Assembly: GCF_006345805.1 (NCBI RefSeq)
Contig: NC_042997.1
Span: 103,602,001-103,666,000, forward strand
Reading direction: 5' to 3'
From: Octopus sinensis
Lineage: Eukaryota
DNA: 64,000 bases
Position numbers and translations under genes: made by a program. Within the stretch, counting starts at the first letter, position 1. The number at the start of each line of letters is the position of its first letter. Below the pieces are notes generated by a model. That model worked only from the letters and a program-made list of their open reading frames with translations, ran no database searches and was not told the origin of the DNA. Below are positions 54,846-64,000 of the stretch, in pieces.

Positions 54846-55263
54846 TAGGCGCTTGAGAAGCAGCTATTTCTATATGAAGACGACTGCAAGTGTCGGAGAA
54901 TATGAATAACACAATTCCCCTTTAGTTTTTGCTATAGTGTAAGATGCTTAATAATATGATGAAAAACAGGCATCGTAAAAGACATAAATGGATTACTAAT
55001 CAATAAATCAATAAAAGACCAATCAGTCAATTTATATGTCTCCATGTTTCGTTGTCTATATCGAAAAAGAAAGATACGAATATAACTCGTGTTGTCCATC
55101 TTAGGCGAATTTCAGTAATGATAATGAGTGGATAATGCAGCTGATTCAGTGAAGACCTCAGAAACCTATCCAACCCACATTGCTTACTCCGGACAATATT
55201 TTTACAAAAACTTGTGTAGTAATGCATGCATATATGATACATACATATATATATATTCACACA

Positions 55264-55325
<62 letters not shown>

Positions 55326-56155
55326 GCACACACGCACGCACGCCCACGTGCACACGCGCAAACACACGCACGCACGCCAACGTGCACACGCGTAAACACA
55401 CGCACGCACATACAAACACATAAATACATGCATACATCAATACAAACACACATAGATACATACATACATACACATACATACATACACATACATTTATACA
55501 TGTGTGTGTGTCACTCTGTCTCTATATATTATATATGTGTATATATATATATATATATATAAATGTGTGTGTGTGTGTATATGTATGTATATATATGTAT
55601 ATATCAGAGGGATCATGTTGATCTCTAGATCTCATCTGTGCACTATATATATATATATATATACACACACATATATATATATGTATTTATGTATACACAT
55701 ACATAATAGATATACATATCATACAAGTTTGTGTGAGTGCGCGCGGGTGTGTATGCGCAACATAAGTAGTATAAGTTTAAAACAGCAATCTGTCTATCAT
55801 TCTTAGTGCAGATACATCACAAACAACTACATTAAAGACAGTATTCGTCCTGAGATAACAGTTCTGATAGACGCATAGTGTTAGATCACACAATAACATA
55901 TACAGTATATATATATATCAATAACAGACAAAAATCAGCAATCAGGTGTGACGGTGTTGCTCGATACATATTTCTGCCTTACTTTGTCAGCATCATGTAA
56001 TACACTGGCAACTGCATGCTAAGACGAAATCCGCTGTCACTGATATAGGAAAACAGTGACTGAAAAATAACCAGCTCAAAGAGGCAAAAATGGGTATCTG
56101 GAAATACCACTATCGCTGTCGGACGATTATATTTATATATATAGAAATATAAATA

Positions 56156-56203
<48 letters not shown>

Positions 56204-56325
56204 TATATATATATATACATATATATATATAAGTTGGGCGCGAATACGTCAGTCTTGAAAATTTTAAGACAGATATTCCGTAGGCATCGATACAGACGCC
56301 TCGTGTATATTTGTCTCTCCCAGGT

Positions 56326-56423
56326 TTTTACTGATGAAGTGTAACCTATGGTAGATTAGCTTAATTTAATTTAATTAAGCTAATTTAATCATTAATGACA
56401 CAGAAACGTTGCAACGTCTAAAA
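56326..56423 (+). ncRNA. Type-I hammerhead ribozyme with 12-nt palindromic stem III
   Basis: TTTTA CTGATGA A GTGT [55 nt] ACAC A GAAAC GTTGCAAC GTC TAAAA. Canonical CUGAUGA, GAAA and GUC. Confidence 0.75.
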
Positions 56424-56545
56424 GATGAATTAGGGTAAATGTTTTTAAATTTTCACCTAATTTCTGAATTACTACTACTTGGCGGTGTGAGTTATGGCTG
56501 CTCTTTCTGGTGGACGAATGACCTGTTAGGGTCATTCCTAAATTG

Positions 56546-56584
<39 letters not shown>

Positions 56585-56627
56585 GTGTGTGTGTGTGTGT
56601 GTGTATGTGTGTGTGTGTGTAGTATTA

Positions 56628-57210
56628 TTTTATTCTTTTACGCGTTTCAGTCGTTTTGGTTGCGGCCATACTGGAGCACTACCTTAAGGGTTTTTTTTTT
56701 AGTCGAAGAATTCGACCTCTAGACTTACTCTGTTGGCTTAGTAAACGATAAACGTCTCCCTTTTCAAGCCTAGCCAGGCTCATGGTCCTGGTTTCCCGGT
56801 TTCTGTGGCGTATGTGTTCCCCACCAGCTGGATAGGACACCAGTCCATCGCAGCCTTACTTAAGAAACAGGAAGAGAGAGTGAAAGAAAGTTGTGGCGAA
56901 AGAGTACAACAGGGACCGCCACCCCACCCCACCCCTGCCGGAACCTCATGGTGCTTTTAGGTGTTTTCGCTAAATAAACACACACAACGCCCGGTCTCGG
57001 AATCGAAACCGCGATCCTCCGACCGCGAGTCCGCTGCCCTAACCACTGGGTCATTGCACCTCCACTGTTGGCCTAGTAATTATTCTACTTTCTTTTTTGC
57101 CAAACCGCTAAGTTATGGTGCCATAAACACATCAGCATCAGTTGTCAAAAGATACAAAGACACATACACTTAAATACATATACATACATACATAGGTACG
57201 AACACACACG

Positions 57211-57277
<67 letters not shown>

Positions 57278-57459
57278 GCGAAGGGTTTCTTTCAGTTTCC
57301 GTCTCGCAACTCCACTGACAAGACTTCTTTCATTTTCCGTTCACCATATCCAGTTACAAGGGTTTGGACAGCCCGAGGCTATAACAGAAGACACTTGCTC
57401 GTGGGACCATTTGGAACCATTTGTCTGGAGAGCAAGCTCTTACCACACAGCCACGCCTG
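56628..57459 (-). mobile_element. SINE family A interrupted by a family D insertion
   Basis: Tail 56628-56744; remainder 57065-57459. Confidence 0.8.
56745..57063 (-). mobile_element. SINE family D, tail type 3, 15-bp TSD
   Basis: TSD CTGTTGGC(T/C)TAGTAA at 56730-56744 and 57065-57079. Confidence 0.85.
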
Positions 57460-57796
57460 ATATGAATACATTTGTAATCTAAACATACAAGTAACAAAAG
57501 AAAAAAATAACTCTTTTAAAAGAAGTTAGTTACTCGCTTTATATCTCCATTTTGAAAATCATATAGCGTCGAAAATTAAATACAAAAATGTATTATATAA
57601 AAATTATTTACTGCACACCATTCTGGCGTATTACGAAGTGAAAGCAGTTCAGCTTTGTACTCAGTTGAACCTTTATATTCAAAGTACATACACCCTATCA
57701 TCTCATACATTCAACATTCAATATTACGCTATTGTGAGCACATTGTTTATACTCCGGTATGTGTGCATATAATTGTGTATCATGATCGCCGCCCAC

Positions 57797-57864
<68 letters not shown>

Positions 57865-57872
57865 TTCAAACA

Positions 57873-57916
<44 letters not shown>

Positions 57917-58080
57917 AGCACACATAAACAAAGAAACGCACACGTATACATGCTGGAATTGTTGCTTGCCGAAACACATGTATAAATAAATCTATATAGA
58001 TATATCCTTGTGTATAAGCACATATTTTGGCACATATATATAAATGAAAGATAAAAGCTATATATATATATATATATATA

Positions 58081-58124
<44 letters not shown>

Positions 58125-58128
<4 letters not shown>

Positions 58129-58328
58129 TTTATTCTTTTATATGCTTCAGTCATTTGACTGCGGCCATGCCGGAGCACTGCCTTTAGTCGAACAAATCCT
58201 AGGACTTATACTTTGTAAGTCTAGTACTTATTTTATCGGTCTCTTTTGCCGAACCGCTAGTTTACAGGGACGTAAACACGCCAGCATCGGTTGTCAAGCG
58301 ATGGTGGGGTTGACAAACACAGACACAC

Positions 58329-58363
<35 letters not shown>

Positions 58364-58408
58364 ACACGCCACACACACACATATATATGCGACAAGTTTC
58401 TTTCAGTT
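58125..58408 (-). mobile_element. SINE family A 3' half
   Basis: Tail and microsatellite present, head lost. Confidence 0.8.
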
Positions 58409-58821
58409 AATAAAAGAATATTATATATATATTTACATATATATATATATATATATTAATATAATAATATATATATATATATTAATATATTATTAATAAT
58501 ATATATATATATTAATATATAAGTATATATTAATATACATACATGTTCCACTTCTATGTTTTTATATAATTTAATATGAGTGGTTTTATATATATATATG
58601 TATAAAAATATACACACATACGTACTTACAGACATTCGTACTTACATATATGTAAACGTAAATACATACATACATAGTTACATGCATGCATAGGCACACA
58701 CACACTATTTACACATGCATATATATTTGTATAAGAATATGTGTATATATGTGCTATCGAATGTATGCTTACAATAAAAAAATTTCGAAAACAGCTCACA
58801 TCGATATATATATACATATAC

Positions 58822-58925
<104 letters not shown>

Positions 58926-59038
58926 GCACATATATGTATGTATAGACATATATATATATGTATATGTGTGTGTATATACACATATGCGTGTACGTATGTC
59001 TGTATTTATGTGTTCGGTCATGTATGAGCGTACACACG

Positions 59039-59080
<42 letters not shown>

Positions 59081-59521
59081 CTCTCTCACGCATTCACACG
59101 CACGCACGTGTATATCTGAAGCATAGGGAATGACTACGCCAAAATATGCATCGGCCATTTTATTTTTTCACTGCTTGCAAGAAAATTATGTAATAGGGAA
59201 ACACAATGATGTTAAGGTAAGATCTTTGTGGTTTATACTCTACAAATACATTACAATGACACTGTAATCAATACAATACGCAAACATAAGCGTAATACAC
59301 ATATATGAGACTGAGAAATCCAGCATATAGAATTCTAACTTTGTTTGTTATACTTTATGACCAGACATTGTTGCAATTTTTTATTATCATATTTTCTTGC
59401 GTTGTTGAATTTTCTGTATTACTTGGTGTACCAAATAATGTTGATTTTATGATTCAAACGCGGGAGATTTCTTTGTTTTTCATATATATATATGCGTGTG
59501 TGTGTATATATATTATGCATG

Positions 59522-59556
<35 letters not shown>

Positions 59557-59558
59557 GC

Positions 59559-59599
<41 letters not shown>

Positions 59600-59634
59600 C
59601 ATGTTATACTTATGTATGTATATATATATTATAT

Positions 59635-59673
<39 letters not shown>

Positions 59674-59819
59674 TACTCACATACACGCGCACACGCACAA
59701 ACACACGTATATGTATGTATGTGTATATATTTGTTCTGCAAGTCTTTGATTGTTCTAATGTTGTTGCAGCTATATACCCGCATGCATACATATGTGCATC
59801 TCTCTTTCTCTATCTCTCG

Positions 59820-59863
<44 letters not shown>

Positions 59864-60465
59864 GTGTGTGTGTGTGTTTATGAAGCGGTTATTTTAGCGT
59901 AAACAATACGTGAGTGTACATCATAACCCAATACTTGTTATTGACTAACTCATAAAATCTCATAAAATATACAGCAGCTCTTTACATAAAGAACTCGAGA
60001 AATCGACAATCGACAGAATGTGAAATATTTCAAACAATAACAAGAGAAACTGAAAGAGAAGCACTTAAACAATAGAAATGATGACGATGTAGTTGATGAT
60101 GATGCTGATGCTGATGCTGATGATAATGATGATGATGATGATGCATCAATAATAATAATAATAATGATAATAATAGTTAGTATTAGTTAGTATTAGCTGT
60201 TAGAGTAGTTAGGAGTAACTGTAGCAGAACTTGCACTACACTCTTATTGACAGAAAAGTCAGAGTAGCGAGCCTCAAAATGGCTTATGATATATCTTTTT
60301 ACTGGCTTTGAGTTCAAAACCCTGGCGAGGTCATCTTTGATTCTCATTGTTTCGGGATCGATTACATATAGTAACTATAAGTATTAACGTTGGTATAATC
60401 GACTAACTCCTAATCCCCACAAAGTTTTAAGCCTTCTACTGACATTAGAAATAATTAATATTTTT

Positions 60466-60524
60466 ATTATTATTATTATTGTTGTTGTTGTTGTTATTAT
60501 TATTATTATTATTAATAATAATAA

Positions 60525-60559
<35 letters not shown>

Positions 60560-60577
60560 GTAGTAATAGTAATAGTA

Positions 60578-60633
<56 letters not shown>
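60466..60633. repeat. Compound trinucleotide microsatellite (ATT/GTT/AAT/AGT)
   Basis: Direct reading. Confidence 0.95.
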
Positions 60634-60635
<2 letters not shown>

Positions 60636-60699
60636 TTTTTGTTGTTTTTCTCTTCTTCATGTTAACAATCAAACATTAACAAAAGACTGAAAGAAAGTT

Positions 60700-61720
60700 T
60701 GTTTTATGGTTTGACAATCTTTCACAAGATAAGAGCTGGTCCTAAGACGGCAGATTTTAGAGAGCCCCCATATCTGCCTTGATGTGCAATTGCTCTCAGT
60801 CGAGTGGAAGTTTTTTTTTTTTTAATTTTAATTTGAACTTAATGCCCCGATGATAACTGGTACAACTCTCGCTTTTGCTACAGAACATCCTCATCTTGTT
60901 GATATATTAAAATATCAGCATTTTTTGAAATCTTTTCCACTTCCTTGTTTGCAATCGTTTATCTAAAGCAATTTCATTGTCTGTTACGAGGCATTCCCAT
61001 TTTCTATGTCATGTATAATGATTTCCAGTCATTTCCCTAGTTCCCCCTGTTTGAGATTACAAGTATTAGCTTCCTAATACATGATTGTACCGCTTGTGGT
61101 GTAAATTGAGAGGAAACATCTAATGACGTCATTTGTATTCTCTGAAAACATTTTGCAATCTACTAAAATGTACTGAATATTATTCGCTTTTTCGCTGAAG
61201 CGGTAGAACAAATACCCTTGATCACTGAACTAATGCTTAGAGCTTGATCTTGAGTAGCCACCGACAACTTCCCAGTTTTCCTTTACGTCATCATCCCAGA
61301 GACCTTCCCACTATATGTTCAGTTTCACAATCTCAGTGTTTCTGTGACATTGTCCATCTAACTGCCTTTATTCATGCTCTTCCTTTTTTTCATAAATTAT
61401 AATACTTTGATATGTTTTCTTCTATTCAAGCCCAATAAGTATGTTCTAAATCTATTACAGCATGTTCAAGTGGTTCTTCACTCTCTGTAAGATAATGGTT
61501 TGCTAACACTTGTTTTTCATTCGTACGATCAGAAACAATCCCTTGTTTTTCCAGTTTGGGAGCAGTTTTCTACAAACACTTCTACCGTCTTCATTCCTAG
61601 ATCTCCATCAACATGCCCAGTAAAACTAAATAATCTTCTTTCTCTGATTATTACATACCTTTCTTCGGGTATTTGTTGAATGATGGCTTAGGGCTTTAGT
61701 ACAGCACACCTGCCGGATCT
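60700..61720 (-). mobile_element. R4/Dong-like non-LTR retrotransposon, decayed C-terminal part
   Basis: Minus strand across frameshifts gives ordered motifs ESEEPL, TQDQALS, ILVDCKM..EYK*RH, VVPVIIGAL, KSAVLGPALIL*KIV (CCHC finger and REL endonuclease end). It lies next to TAA-type repeats, the known Dong target. Confidence 0.7.
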
Positions 61721-61848
61721 GACAGTTTCATTTGAGGTTCCTCTCACGTTTACGTCATTAGTTGTCTGGTTATTGTTAAACAATTCATTCACTGGTATTA
61801 GTTGCGATAACTAACACTACCACTAGTGTATTTATCAACATACCATCT

Positions 61849-61883
<35 letters not shown>

Positions 61884-61889
61884 TTAAAT

Positions 61890-62508
61890 ATTTGTTACAA
61901 GGCCAGTAATTTCGAGGGAGGGATACGTCGTTTAGATCAGCTCCAGTGTTCAACTCATACTTATTTTATCAACTTGTAAAGGACGAAGGGGCAAAGTCAT
62001 CCTCGGCGGAATTTGAACTCAGAGTGTGAAGAGCCGAATGAAATGATGTTGAGCTTTTTTTTTCTCTTTGTCCCGCACGCTGACGATTCATATTTCTTTA
62101 TTACCCACAAGGGGCTAAACACAGAGGGAACAAACAAGAACAGACAAAGAGATTAAGTCGATTACATCGACCCCAGTGCATAACTGGTACTTAATTTATC
62201 GACCCCGAAAGGACGAAAGGCAAAGTCGACCTCGGCGGAATTTGAACTCAGAACGTAACGGAAGACGAAATACCTATTTCTTTACAACCTACCAGGGGCT
62301 AAGCACAGAGGAGACAAACAAGGACAGACAAACGGATTAAGTCGATTACATCAACCCCAGTGCGTAACTGGTACTTAATTTATCGACCCCTAAAGGATGA
62401 AAGGCAAAGTCAACCTCGGCGGAATTTAAACTCAGAACGCAGCGGCGGACGAAATACCGCAAAGCATTTCGCCCGGCGTGCTAACGTTTCTGCCAGCTCG
62501 CCGGCTTC
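61890..62508 (-). mobile_element. SINE family C: head plus two tandem body units, then an older copy
   Basis: Unit period about 180 bp. Junction GAAATAGGTATTTCGTC is the same as at 44240. Confidence 0.9.
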
Positions 62509-63834
62509 TGTATTACTTATGATAAAACGTTAGTTTGGTTAATGCGTACATATATACATGCATACAAGCATTCATGCTTAAAACGGCGAATTGGCAGACC
62601 GTTACTGTGTCGCACAGATTGTTATGCAAAATACTTTCTCAGTTCAATTAACGGTGGGATCAACTTTGCATTTCATAATTTCAGGGTTAAATAGAGAACC
62701 AGCCCTGTCCTGGGATCGATTCTTCTCTTGCTGCCTGCATGTTTGCCTCTCCTTCTAGAAGACATCGAATGTTGTCAAATCTGTAGTGAGATGGGTTCCT
62801 GCAGATTTCCAAAAATAACTAAGACATATGCTATGATTTCGAGGCTAGACTCCACCAAGAGTTGAGGACCTAAAGCAGTACATACATACATAACCACACG
62901 CTTGCACATACTATTTATGCTATGTGGCGCAATATTAAATGAATGTGCGGTGGAAATATACGTGTGTGTGTTTCTTAGTATGTGTAGGCCTGTGTTTGTA
63001 TGAGTTTGCATTTTAGTATAGATTTTCAATTAGAAAAATAACCCTTTTAGAGATATTGGTAATGGTAAGAGAAAAGAAACCAAAAGTCAGTAACAACATA
63101 TTCCCTAAATGTCAGCTTCGATAATCGATACAGAAAATGTATTTCACAATTGCGAACGAAATCTAGATATGATCGCTATAAATCAAGAATTATATATATA
63201 AAAAAGTAACTTTTTAGGGTAACGCAATTGAAAATTCTCCACGAATTATATATGATACAAAACAAAAGAGAATATGTTTAGCATATAGCAATCAAATGTT
63301 TAACATTCTCCAGAATCTTAAAGTAATAAACGAACTACGTGTTGCAACATCAGATTTTTCGATAGGGGAAAAATTATTTGACGAGTCCTAACATGATCAA
63401 AAAATGTTTAATAAAAATTATGATATAGTCCTCTAAGAATTTCAAAAGTCGGTTTCATGTAAAGTATATTATTTTTATTAGTTTGTTTATAAATGTTATG
63501 GCTGTGGGGGTCAAGAAATATGCTCTGAAACCATGAATCGTTCATTCACTTAGTAGTATATCGATGTAAATAATGAAATACTTAAATCTTGCTATGAGCT
63601 GTTTGCAACTTTCCTTCATTTCTGTTGGTTTGTAATCGGCTACTACGGGTTTATATTATGACATCTTTGTCATAACTAGCTTAATATTCTTGTCTTTGTT
63701 TTGGTCTCGGTTCAAAATTTAGCAATTTCTTCGAGCGTATACTGATTTCTTATATTTGGGCTATTATTTGTTGTACTTTTGAATGGTAGATTTGTATTGG
63801 CAGTATATTTCTTATGAAGCTTGTGGTCTAGTAC

Positions 63835-63905
63835 TTTGGGTAGTCGGCTCATGATCGCAAGGTCGTGAGTTCGACTGCCGGCAGCACCTTGTTTCTTTGG
63901 GCAAC
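63835..63905 (+). mobile_element. SINE head fragment
   Basis: GTAGTCGGCTCATGATCGCAAGGTCGTGAGTTCGACTGCCGG...TTCTTTGGGCAA. Confidence 0.5.
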
Positions 63906-64000
63906 TTGAACCCTGGTAGTCGTAACCGACGGAGCGCTAGTAATTTTTATATTTCTCCTCAATGAGCTTTGCTGGTATAGTTGTTTTGAAATACATAGGA

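Noticed and set aside
54809-54865. CTGATGA next to the telomeric repeats as a hammerhead
   Set aside because: No GAAA and no stem I.
63480-63830. Possible Penelope GIY-YIG region on the minus strand (HKLHKKY..., MKESCKQLIARFKY)
   Set aside because: Too degenerate to support without a profile search.

Overview
Eukaryotic, AT-rich, repeat-saturated non-coding DNA. The SINE families and microsatellite load suggest an octopod cephalopod (Octopus); this is an inference, with no database check. I recognised no host protein-coding exon, and almost all supplied ORFs are translations of (TA)n/(CA)n/(TACA)n/(ATCT)n arrays. The window holds four interleaved tRNA-derived SINE families, a gag-only Mag/Ty3 LTR element, five Tc1/mariner/maT relics (two rearranged as fold-backs), RTE and R4/Dong LINE fragments, non-autonomous Helitrons and a 100-N gap. 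The main signal that no ORF explains is eight type-I hammerhead ribozyme folds in five unrelated sequence contexts, seven on cassettes in or beside (TA)n arrays. They include a perfect 488-bp palindrome with a hammerhead on each strand, a structured 362-bp retrozyme-like unit, a promoter-plus-hammerhead module, a CUGU(U/A)GA core variant, and a hammerhead with a 12-nt palindromic stem III. Hammerheads in Penelope-like elements and retrozymes are known in general. Novelty of these families and their cleavage activity cannot be judged from the sequence alone.
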